Source: an uncultured Bdellovibrionales bacterium
Lineage (GTDB): Bacteria > Bdellovibrionota_C > UBA2361 > SZUA-149 > CALKYB01
Length of the DNA stretch: 64,000 nt
Reading direction: 5' to 3'
NCBI GenBank assembly: GCA_964510575.1
Contig: CAZECN010000002.1
Span: 82,314-146,313 of the forward strand
Below are positions 46,932 to 55,283 of the stretch, in pieces. Under the pieces are notes generated by a model, which was not told the DNA's origin, did no database searches, and was given only the letters and a program-made list of their open reading frames with translations. Within the stretch, counting starts at the first letter, position 1; each line of letters opens with the position of its first letter. A program made the translations under genes and the position numbers.

Positions 46932-48085
46932 TTTGTTTTCTTACTTGGCTCTCAATAATTTCGATTCTTTATGCCTATTTTGGTTATCCGGCTATTTTAA
47001 ATTTTTTGCCTAAAAAGGAGCCCTTCACTCCGCCTGAAACTCCTAAGCACCCATATTTCTCGATTATCGTAACTGCCAGAAATGAAGAATCAGGTATCGA
47101 GAAGAAAATAAAAAACTGTATTGAGCTGAAAAAGTACTATGAATCTGAAGCCAAAGGAAAAGCAGAAGTAATTATTGCCTCAGATGCTAGTGAAGATAAG
47201 ACAGATCAGATCGTAAAATCCTGGTCTGATAAAGGAGTTAGATTAGTTCGGTCTGAAGAAAGGGGTGGAAAAGAGAGAGCTCAGAAAATGGCAGCTACTC
47301 AGGCTGAGGGAGAAATTGTTTTCTTCACTGATGTACGAGCTGAGTTAGACAAAGATGCTTTAGTTAAATTTTCAAATTATTTTCAAGACTCTACTGTTGG
47401 AGCTGTCAGCACCAACGACGTGGTGGTGCAGTCTGAGGAAGGAGGAAGCGGAGAGGGTTTCTACGTTAAGTATGAAATGTGGCTGAGGAAACTCGAGAGT
47501 GAATTTTGTAGTCTGATAGGATTGAGCGGCTCAGGTTTTGCTGTAAAAAGAGAGTTTTGCCTTGATATGCAGGTGGATATTTGTAGTGACTTTGCTCTAC
47601 TGCTTCAGACTCGCAAAGCTGGACTGCGAGGGGTGCAGGCAGATGATATCGAGTGCAGGTACCACGCCGTTAAAACGGAAGAGCAGGAGTTTTCAAGGAA
47701 GGTTAGGACGGTACTTAGAGGTATAGCTACTTTCTTTAAAGGCTGGGATAGTTCTTTGATTAGCCGGGATCCAGTTTTTGTTTGGCAGTTGCTCAGTCAC
47801 AAGATTGCAAGATGGCTGGTTCCGATTAATATGATAATCGCGAGTATCGGTATTTTGATTTTAGCCACTTGTTCTTGGTTCTACCAACTAATGACTTTAT
47901 TGATGCTCGCCTTCTACGGATTGGCAGCGTTGGGCTACTCTAAGAAAGAATTTAGAGACAAAATTTTTGTTAAGATCCCTTTATTCTTTATCATAACCAA
48001 CTTGGCAATTCTTGTTGCCTGGACAAAGTTCGCTAAGGGTGAACGCTCTGTTGTTTGGAGCCCGTCGGTTAGACCCAAGTCTTAA
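46928..48085 (+). CDS. membrane-integrated GT2 glycosyltransferase, PgaC/processive-synthase-like topology
   Basis: 385 aa. N-terminal TM, GT-A core (FSIIVTARNEESGIE, IASDASEDKTD, FFTDVRAELDKD), a QxxRW-like SHKIARW, and 3 C-terminal TM segments. It overlaps the preceding gene by 4 bp. Confidence 0.7.
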   Translation: MICFLTWLSIISILYAYFGYPAILNFLPKKEPFTPPETPKHPYFSIIVTARNEESGIEKKIKNCIELKKYYESEAKGKAEVIIASDASEDKTDQIVKSWSDKGVRLVRSEERGGKERAQKMAATQAEGEIVFFTDVRAELDKDALVKFSNYFQDSTVGAVSTNDVVVQSEEGGSGEGFYVKYEMWLRKLESEFCSLIGLSGSGFAVKREFCLDMQVDICSDFALLLQTRKAGLRGVQADDIECRYHAVKTEEQEFSRKVRTVLRGIATFFKGWDSSLISRDPVFVWQLLSHKIARWLVPINMIIASIGILILATCSWFYQLMTLLMLAFYGLAALGYSKKEFRDKIFVKIPLFFIITNLAILVAWTKFAKGERSVVWSPSVRPKS

Positions 48086-48096
48086 GTGTTTTACTA

Positions 48097-50037
48097 ATGA
48101 GCCTAACCCGAGTTGCCATAGTCTCTTTGAATCAAACCCCAATGGACTGGCCTGGTAATATGGCTAGAATTAAAGAGGGAATAGAGAAAGGAAGAGAAGA
48201 GAAAGCCTCTTTGGTCTGTTTTCCTGAACTGTCTTTAAGTGGCTATGGGGTTGAAGATGCATTTTTCTTTCCAGGTATTGAGGCTCGAGCTAGGAAAGAA
48301 CTTTCAGCCTTGAAGGCATTCACGAAAGATCTTGGTGTTGTAGTCGGACTTCCTCTCTCAATTGAAGGCAAACTGTTTAATGCAGCCGCTTTTCTTTGGG
48401 ACGGAGAAATTAAAGGTTTCTTCCTGAAGCAAAATCTCGCCAATTATGGTTTGCACTATGAAACAAGGTGGTTTTCCGCTGCTAAGCCAGGCTTCAGAAC
48501 TCTAATAGATTTTGAAGATAAAAAGATACCAGCTGGTGATATTAGCTTTGATATCGAAGGTGTTAGTATTGGTTTTGAAATTTGCCATGATGCTTGGGTC
48601 GAGAATCGTCCTCTTAATAGTTTCAGTGATGCCCCTTCCTTGGTTATCAACCCCAGTGCTAGTCATTTCGCATTTGCTAAATACGAATTTGTAAAAGATT
48701 TAGTCGAGAAGAGTTCGAAAGACTATGGCTGTTCCTATGTTTACTCTAACCTTGTTGGAAATGAAGCTGGAAGAGTAATTTACGATGGTGCTTCGATTGC
48801 AGCGAGCCAAGGTGAAACGGTAAGTGAGGGGAAGAGATTTTCTTTTGCAGAGGTTAACTTAACAGTCGCAGATTTAGATCTTAAGGAGCGAGAGCTTAAA
48901 GCTAAGAATTCTAAAGACCACGCTGTTATTAGTTGTGCAGGAAAACTGTTGGCTATTGATTCTCGTAAAAAGACAGTTTCCAAGAAACAATCGACGCTGA
49001 CTAAACATGAAGAATTCACCCGAGCCGTTTCTCTAGGTCTTTTCGATTATCTAAGAAAATCTCGTGCAGCTGGATATGTAGTCTCAATTAGTGGTGGCGC
49101 GGATTCTTGTGCAAGCACTGTCTTGGTTCATTATGCCATTCAGCTAGCGGTTAAAGAATTTGGCTTAGCTGAAGTGTCCTCCATGCTTTGTCCTAATAGG
49201 GAAAGTCCAGCATCTGATATTAAATCGTTAATTGGAGACTTACTTGCTTGTGTGTACCAAGCAACATCTTCCAGTGGAGAAGTTACTCGAAATGCTGCAC
49301 GGGAAGTCGCTTCAGAAGCCGGAGCTTCTTATTTTGAATTTGAGATCGACTCGATTGTTGAGTCTTATAAAGAGCTAGGGAAGCAGGCTCTGGGGCGAGA
49401 ACTATCTTGGGATAGTGATGATCTGGCCTTACAGAATATTCAGGCTCGAACCAGAGGCCCTTCGGCCTGGCTTCTTGCCAATCTCAGAAACTCCATTTTG
49501 CTGGCAACTAGCAATAGAAGTGAAGCCGCAGTTGGCTATACAACAATGGATGGAGATACTTGTGGGGGGCTTAGCCCGATAGGTGGTATCGACAAGGCCT
49601 TCCTTCGAGAGTGGTTAAGGTGGGTAGAGAAAGAAGGGCCTGCTGATCTCGAACCAGTTAAAGCTCTTTCTTTTGTTAATAGTCAGGAGCCTACAGCAGA
49701 ACTTCGCCCGGGTGGAAGTCAGCTAGATGAGTCTGACCTAATGCCTTATGAAGTTTTGGATGTGATTGAAAGGTTTGCAATTAGAGATCGTCAGACTCCA
49801 CTTGAGGTCTATCAAAGTATTATCGAGTCCGACTATGGCTGGGATAAAAATAAAGTCTGTGCTTGGGTCGATAAATTTTTTGTACTTTGGTGTCGAAACC
49901 AATGGAAACGAGAGCGTTACGCTCCATCGTTTCATCTTGATGATGAAAATCTCGATCCTAGAACTTGGTGCCGGTTCCCCATACTTTCTGGAGGGTTTAA
50001 GTCTGAGTTGGAGGAGCTTAGGACTTTGGCGAAATAG
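48097..50037 (+). CDS. nadE: glutamine-dependent NAD+ synthetase (CN-hydrolase + NAD synthase domains)
   Basis: 646 aa. N-terminal nitrilase-type domain (CFPEL Glu, EICHDAW Cys) and C-terminal PP-loop YVVSISGGADSCAST. Confidence 0.8.
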   Translation: MSLTRVAIVSLNQTPMDWPGNMARIKEGIEKGREEKASLVCFPELSLSGYGVEDAFFFPGIEARARKELSALKAFTKDLGVVVGLPLSIEGKLFNAAAFLWDGEIKGFFLKQNLANYGLHYETRWFSAAKPGFRTLIDFEDKKIPAGDISFDIEGVSIGFEICHDAWVENRPLNSFSDAPSLVINPSASHFAFAKYEFVKDLVEKSSKDYGCSYVYSNLVGNEAGRVIYDGASIAASQGETVSEGKRFSFAEVNLTVADLDLKERELKAKNSKDHAVISCAGKLLAIDSRKKTVSKKQSTLTKHEEFTRAVSLGLFDYLRKSRAAGYVVSISGGADSCASTVLVHYAIQLAVKEFGLAEVSSMLCPNRESPASDIKSLIGDLLACVYQATSSSGEVTRNAAREVASEAGASYFEFEIDSIVESYKELGKQALGRELSWDSDDLALQNIQARTRGPSAWLLANLRNSILLATSNRSEAAVGYTTMDGDTCGGLSPIGGIDKAFLREWLRWVEKEGPADLEPVKALSFVNSQEPTAELRPGGSQLDESDLMPYEVLDVIERFAIRDRQTPLEVYQSIIESDYGWDKNKVCAWVDKFFVLWCRNQWKRERYAPSFHLDDENLDPRTWCRFPILSGGFKSELEELRTLAK

Positions 50038-50338
50038 AATTCTTTGGAGTAACCTTCTTTCGTTCTAGATACTCTTCAAAAAGAGCCAGTTGTCTTTCAC
50101 TTTGATGATAAAGTAGAGCAATATATGAGCAAAAGCATGAAACTGCTCCTGCAAAACGCATTAGTTCAAAGTTTTTTGCAAAATGATAATGGAAGACTAG
50201 GAAAGCAAAAAATGGCAGTGCCAGAAATGGAATCCACTTCTTTTTACTGAAAGATTTTTTTTGTTGTAAGGCTTCGTAGACTTGTCTCTCTAAAGTTTGA
50301 TCGGTTATTTCATTTACTTCTAATACTTTCTTTAACAT
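50018..50338 (-). CDS. small membrane protein, hypothetical
   Basis: 106 aa with two hydrophobic segments. It overlaps the nadE 3' end by 20 bp on the opposite strand. Confidence 0.3.
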   Translation of the reverse strand: MLKKVLEVNEITDQTLERQVYEALQQKKSFSKKKWIPFLALPFFAFLVFHYHFAKNFELMRFAGAVSCFCSYIALLYHQSERQLALFEEYLERKKVTPKNSISPKS

Positions 50339-50584
50339 TTTTTTAGTTTCCTTTAGCCTCGCTAATCTTTAAAGCGAAAATAGCTCCTCCCGGGGTTTTT
50401 CCTGACTAAAGGTTCTTCGGCATTATTTAGAAAAGACTAAAAGCTTCCTCGATTTCCTCTATTTTGCGGTGGTTTTAAGACTTAGTTAGAGGGATTAGAA
50501 AGCCCAGTTGGGGACCTTAGATACTGGTGGATTTAGGTGTTTTGTGGCAACTATTGGCCTTACTAATAATGCTAGGCCGAAGGT

Positions 50585-52255
50585 ATGTCAGAAGAAAGTA
50601 AACCTAACAATTTCATCAAGACGATAATTGATAAAGATCTTGCTGAGAATAAGAGCAAGCCAGTGGCGACCCGTTTTCCGCCGGAGCCAAATGGCTATCT
50701 TCATATTGGACACGCTAAATCTATTTGTTTGAATTTTGGTTTGGCTACTGAGTACTCGGGTACTTGTAATTTAAGGTTCGACGATAGTAATCCTGCTAAA
50801 GAAGATAACGAGTACGTTGAGTCGATTAAAGAAGACCTTAAGTGGCTTGGTTTTGAACCAGAGGAACGAGTCTATTTTGCTTCCGACTATTTTGAAGAGA
50901 TGTACCAGCATGCTCTTAAACTAATTGAAGCTGGCAAGGCTTATGTCTGTAGTTTATCAGCTGAAGAAATGAGGGAGTATCGAGGAACTCTCACAGAGCC
51001 TGGCAAAGATAGCCCTTACCGAGAAAGATCCATCGAGGAAAATCTTGATTTTTTTAAGCGAATGAAAGCTGGTGAGTTTGAAAAAGGCGAGCATTTGCTT
51101 AGAGCTAAAATTGATATGGCTTCTGGAAATATCAATTTAAGAGACCCGGCTTTGTATAGAATTAAAACAGCTTGTCACCATCATACCGGCAATGATTGGT
51201 CGATATACCCAATGTATGATTTTTGCCATTGCGTCTCAGATTCTATTGAAGGAATTACTTATTCTCTTTGTACTCTTGAGTTTGAAGATCATCGACCTCT
51301 TTATGACTGGATTTTAAATGAACTAGATATTCATCATCCTAGGCAGATAGAGTTTGCTCGCCTAAATCTTAACTACATGGTTTTGAGTAAGAGAAAGCTT
51401 TTAGAATTAGTTGAAGATAAGCATGTGGCAGGCTGGGATGATCCTCGCCTCCCTACTATTGCTGGTTTAAGAAGGCGAGGTTATACGGCAAAAGCTATTA
51501 GAAATTTTTGTGAGAGCATTGGAGTCGCTAAGGCTAACAGCACGGTCGACATAGGTATGCTCGAATTTAGTTTGCGAGAGGACCTGAACCAAGTTGCTCA
51601 AAGACGAATGGTGGTTTCAGATCCAATAAAGCTCATAGTTGAAAATTATCCTGAAGGAGAAATTGAAGAGCTAGACGCCGATAATAACCCAAATGATCCC
51701 GATGCTGGTAAAAGAAAGATTAAGTTCTCTAGAGAGCTCTGGATTGAAAGAGAAGATTTTTTAGAAGATGCCCCTAAAAAGTATTTTAGGCTGACACCTG
51801 GTAAGGAAGTAAGACTGGTCCACGCCTACTATGTGACCTGCACTGGTTTTGAGAAAGATGCTGATGGAAATGTGACAGAAGTACGCTGTACTTATGATCC
51901 CAGTACAAAAGGCGGTTGGTCTGAAGACAAAAGGAAAGTTAAGGGAACGATTCATTGGGTATCTACTGAGGACGCCAAACCAATTACAGTAAATGAATAT
52001 GATCGTTTATTTGCTGTAGAAAATCCCTCTGAAGGGGTAGAAGATTATAAAGAAAACATCAACCCAGACTCTTTGAAGGTGATTGAAGGTTGTCTAGCTG
52101 AAAGTTCTCTGTTGGAGTGTAAGGGAGGTACTCCCTACCAGTTTTTAAGACAAGGTTACTTTTGTCTTGATGCTAAAGATAGTTCCTCTGGTAATTTGGT
52201 TTTTAACAAAACAATTGGTCTTAGAGATTCTTGGGCCAAGGCTAAATCCAAGTAG
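50585..52255 (+). CDS. glnS: glutamine--tRNA ligase
   Basis: 556 aa, collinear with E. coli GlnS: [17 protein letters not shown] (HIGH), VLSKRKL (KMSKS), [20 protein letters not shown]. Confidence 0.9.
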   Translation: MSEESKPNNFIKTIIDKDLAENKSKPVATRFPPEPNGYLHIGHAKSICLNFGLATEYSGTCNLRFDDSNPAKEDNEYVESIKEDLKWLGFEPEERVYFASDYFEEMYQHALKLIEAGKAYVCSLSAEEMREYRGTLTEPGKDSPYRERSIEENLDFFKRMKAGEFEKGEHLLRAKIDMASGNINLRDPALYRIKTACHHHTGNDWSIYPMYDFCHCVSDSIEGITYSLCTLEFEDHRPLYDWILNELDIHHPRQIEFARLNLNYMVLSKRKLLELVEDKHVAGWDDPRLPTIAGLRRRGYTAKAIRNFCESIGVAKANSTVDIGMLEFSLREDLNQVAQRRMVVSDPIKLIVENYPEGEIEELDADNNPNDPDAGKRKIKFSRELWIEREDFLEDAPKKYFRLTPGKEVRLVHAYYVTCTGFEKDADGNVTEVRCTYDPSTKGGWSEDKRKVKGTIHWVSTEDAKPITVNEYDRLFAVENPSEGVEDYKENINPDSLKVIEGCLAESSLLECKGGTPYQFLRQGYFCLDAKDSSSGNLVFNKTIGLRDSWAKAKSK

Positions 52256-52265
52256 AGGGTAAGCA

Positions 52266-53228
52266 TTGAGTATTAAGCAGTTTATTGATCACAACTATAG
52301 GCACTTTAATGCGGCAGCTTTAAAAAGTGCTTCTAAAGCCTACTGCGAGCACTTAAATAGTGGCGGAAAGATGTTTGTCTCGCTAGCCGGTGCGATGAGC
52401 ACAGCTGAGCTGGGAATTACCCTAGCCGAAATGATTCGTCAGGATAAGGTTCATGGGATTTCTTGCACCGGAGCTAATCTAGAGGAAGATGTATTCAATT
52501 TAGTTGCCCATGATCTCTATGAGCGTATTCCTAACTACAGGAGTTTAACAGCTGAAGACGAGATTGCGCTTCGCGACCGAGGAATGAATAGAGTTACTGA
52601 TACTTGTATTCCTGAAGAAGAGGCGATGTTCAAGATAGACGCTCATCTGAGATCGCTTTGGCAAAAAGCTGAGCAGGAAGGAAAAAGATTTTTTCCTTAT
52701 CAGTATATATATCAGCTAATTGAAAGTGGTGAATTGGAATTTCAAATTGATCCAAAGAATAGCTGGGTTTTTGCTGCCGCAGAAAAGAATCTTCCTATAT
52801 GGACTCCAGGCTGGGAAGACTCAACCACAGCAAACTCTTTTGTTGCTGATGTGCTTCGAGGAGATCTTAAGTCTCACTCCGTAGTTAAAAGTGGCACGGA
52901 GCAAATGCAGTTTTTAATTGAGTGGTATCTTGAGGAATCAAAAGACAGTTCAATTGGTTTCTTTCAAATTGGTGGCGGTATTGCTGGAGATTTTCCAATT
53001 TGTGTAGTTCCTTTAATTCGGCAGGACTTAGGTAAGGGGGCTCCTTTCTGGGGATATTTCTGTCAAATCTCTGATAGCACTACTTCTTATGGTTCTTACA
53101 GTGGTGCTGTCCCCAATGAAAAGATTACATGGGAGAAACTGGATAAAGATACCCCCAGTTTTATTATTGAATCTGATGCTACTATCGTGGCACCACTGAT
53201 GTTCTCTTATATCCTAGAGAGTAGCTAA
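52266..53228 (+). CDS. deoxyhypusine synthase-like protein (DHS / homospermidine synthase family)
   Basis: 320 aa. N-terminal NAD-binding region SLAGAMSTAELG and GANLEED typical of the DHS fold. It lies 11 bp downstream of glnS. Confidence 0.7.
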   Translation: MSIKQFIDHNYRHFNAAALKSASKAYCEHLNSGGKMFVSLAGAMSTAELGITLAEMIRQDKVHGISCTGANLEEDVFNLVAHDLYERIPNYRSLTAEDEIALRDRGMNRVTDTCIPEEEAMFKIDAHLRSLWQKAEQEGKRFFPYQYIYQLIESGELEFQIDPKNSWVFAAAEKNLPIWTPGWEDSTTANSFVADVLRGDLKSHSVVKSGTEQMQFLIEWYLEESKDSSIGFFQIGGGIAGDFPICVVPLIRQDLGKGAPFWGYFCQISDSTTSYGSYSGAVPNEKITWEKLDKDTPSFIIESDATIVAPLMFSYILESS

Positions 53229-53243
53229 ACTAAGGAAGTTGGA

Positions 53244-54308
53244 ATGAACAATAAACTACCAATATCTTTTCTTTGTATCTCAGCGATTGCTTTAGCTAGT
53301 AACTTGGCTTTTGCTAAACCTGATAAAGCCGTAGCAAAAGCCGACAGGTTTGAAATTGAAGCTGGAGATATTAACTCAGACGGAACTGATGAATTAGTCT
53401 TCTTTGAAAAGTCTTCAGGGCAGATAAGTGTTGCAGGAAAGAAGGCAGGTAGTGAAGTCTTTTCAGTTGATCCGAAGATGACTGGAAAAGTCGAAGGGGT
53501 TTTTGATAAGCTGTTTGTTTCGGAAGGCACTGGAGATAAGCTTCAAGATATTATTCTCTCCCGGCCAGGAAGTAACGAGATACATCTAATTGATATTAAT
53601 AAGGTTTCATCTACATCTTCTAAAAGCACCGAGCTATCTCCAGAGATTCTTGGGCTTTATACTCCGCCAGAATCAAGACTTTATTTCCAAAAAGAAGGTT
53701 TTGCTCTATTTCACCGTGTTCCTCATAGCTTTTGGCAAACTGGAAAGGTTGAGCAGTTAAGAGAAATTGCAGCGGGTAAAAAAACCGAACTCAAGCCACT
53801 TATGTTTGGTCGAAAGGAATATCCGCCAAAGACTTTCACTTGGAATGGTAAGCTTCATCTAGGCTACTATGTATATAAGAAAGGTCTTTTCGGAATGAAA
53901 GCAGCTGATGGTTCTAGTGGCAAGTTAGTTTTGGACATTGATCGTCGAGATAATGTTCTTCCAGTAGACTTGGATAGAGATGGTTTCTCAGAAATCATTG
54001 CCTGGAATAATGGTGAAAGCTGTTTGGAGATTTCCTACTTCGGAAATAGATTTGAAGGTATAATGCCCGCCACTAGAAAGGATAAAGTCTGCCTGACAAA
54101 CAATGGAGCACCTGAAACTCTTGAGGAAACAGAAGAGTTGATGGTTTTACGAGACAAGCAAGGCTATATTCTTACTGGTGTCGACCGTGATAAGGGAGAA
54201 GTTAAAATGTTCTTAAAAGGTCAAAAAGATGTGGTGGAATGTGCTACTGATAAAAAACAAGATGTGAAGATTCAGTCTTGTGAACTACTTTCTTCCTTGA
54301 AGCTCTAG
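53244..54308 (+). CDS. secreted FG-GAP/VCBS-like repeat protein, hypothetical
   Basis: 354 aa. Signal peptide (ISAIALASNLAFA). Ca-binding-like DINSDGTDELVFF and DLDRDGFSEIIAWNNG repeats. Confidence 0.45.
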   Translation: MNNKLPISFLCISAIALASNLAFAKPDKAVAKADRFEIEAGDINSDGTDELVFFEKSSGQISVAGKKAGSEVFSVDPKMTGKVEGVFDKLFVSEGTGDKLQDIILSRPGSNEIHLIDINKVSSTSSKSTELSPEILGLYTPPESRLYFQKEGFALFHRVPHSFWQTGKVEQLREIAAGKKTELKPLMFGRKEYPPKTFTWNGKLHLGYYVYKKGLFGMKAADGSSGKLVLDIDRRDNVLPVDLDRDGFSEIIAWNNGESCLEISYFGNRFEGIMPATRKDKVCLTNNGAPETLEETEELMVLRDKQGYILTGVDRDKGEVKMFLKGQKDVVECATDKKQDVKIQSCELLSSLKL

Positions 54309-54314
54309 TCAGAA

Positions 54315-55283
54315 TTATAACCTATCTCCGGTAAGGAGATAGTTCTTAACGTAGTCTGAAACACCTTCCTCAAGCGAGGTTAAATGCAGCTTGTGGCTTA
54401 TGTCTGCAAGCTTGTCCATTTTAGCTTCGGTATAGTATTGATATTTATCTTGCAGGTGCTCGGGCATATCTACGTAGCGTATATTTGGCTCAAGCCCCAT
54501 AGCTTCAAAGATAGCCAAGCCTAGATCTTTAAAGCTTCGGGCGTCACCAGTTCCCAAATTAAACAGTCCGTGAATCGCTTTGCTTTTGAGTAGTTCTGCT
54601 ATTAAGGAAACGCAGTCCTTAACGTAAATAAAATCTCTTTTTTGCTCGCCATCTGCGTAGTCTTCTCGGTGAGACTTGAAAAGAGTCAGCTCCCCTGTCT
54701 CTCGAATCTGCTCAAAACCCTTATTGACCACGCTTTTCATGTCGCCTTTGTGATCTTCATTTGGGCCATAAACGTTAAAGAATTTAAGACCAACAATCTT
54801 GTCGAAATTGCGAGAGTCTTGTGCCCAAAGGTCGAACAGTTGCTTTGAGTAGCCGTAGACATTAAGTGGTCTGAGATCTTTTAACGAGTCCGTATCGTCT
54901 GAAAATCCCTGACTTCCATCACCATAAGTTGCCGCACTTGATGCATAGATAAAGCGGTAATTTCTGGCAATAGCCCAGCGGGCTAGGTCTTTGCTGTAGT
55001 GAAAATTGTTGGAGATCATGTAGTCAGCGTCTCTCTCAGTAGTTGAAGAGCATGCCCCTAAATGTATGACCCCTGAGACTTTGTAGTTAAAGTCTTCATT
55101 TCGAATTCTTTCGATGAATACATCTTTATGAACGTAGTCGATAATTTCTTTGCCAACGAGATTCTGCCATTTCTCGGTAGAGCCGAGATTATCGACGACC
55201 AAGATATTAGTGATGCCCTTGCTGTTTAGGTGTCCAACAAGAGCGCTGCCGATGAACCCGGCTCCTCCGGTAACAATAATCAT
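54315..55283 (-). CDS. hldD: ADP-L-glycero-D-manno-heptose 6-epimerase
   Basis: 322 aa, collinear with E. coli HldD/RfaD: MIIVTGGAGFIGS, GACSSTTE, ASSAATYGD, PLNVYGYSK, NVYGPNEDHKG. Confidence 0.85.
   Translation of the reverse strand: MIIVTGGAGFIGSALVGHLNSKGITNILVVDNLGSTEKWQNLVGKEIIDYVHKDVFIERIRNEDFNYKVSGVIHLGACSSTTERDADYMISNNFHYSKDLARWAIARNYRFIYASSAATYGDGSQGFSDDTDSLKDLRPLNVYGYSKQLFDLWAQDSRNFDKIVGLKFFNVYGPNEDHKGDMKSVVNKGFEQIRETGELTLFKSHREDYADGEQKRDFIYVKDCVSLIAELLKSKAIHGLFNLGTGDARSFKDLGLAIFEAMGLEPNIRYVDMPEHLQDKYQYYTEAKMDKLADISHKLHLTSLEEGVSDYVKNYLLTGDRL

Noticed and set aside
48097-50037. Whether the 646-aa amidotransferase next to the glycan locus is an exosortase-associated asparagine synthase (AsnB-like) rather than NadE
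   Set aside because: The N-terminus is a nitrilase/CN-hydrolase fold (Glu-Lys-Cys triad regions CFPEL and EICHDAW). It does not start with the Cys1 class-II Ntn amidotransferase. Combined with SGGADS this fits glutamine-dependent NAD synthetase, and its adjacency to the EPS genes is probably incidental.
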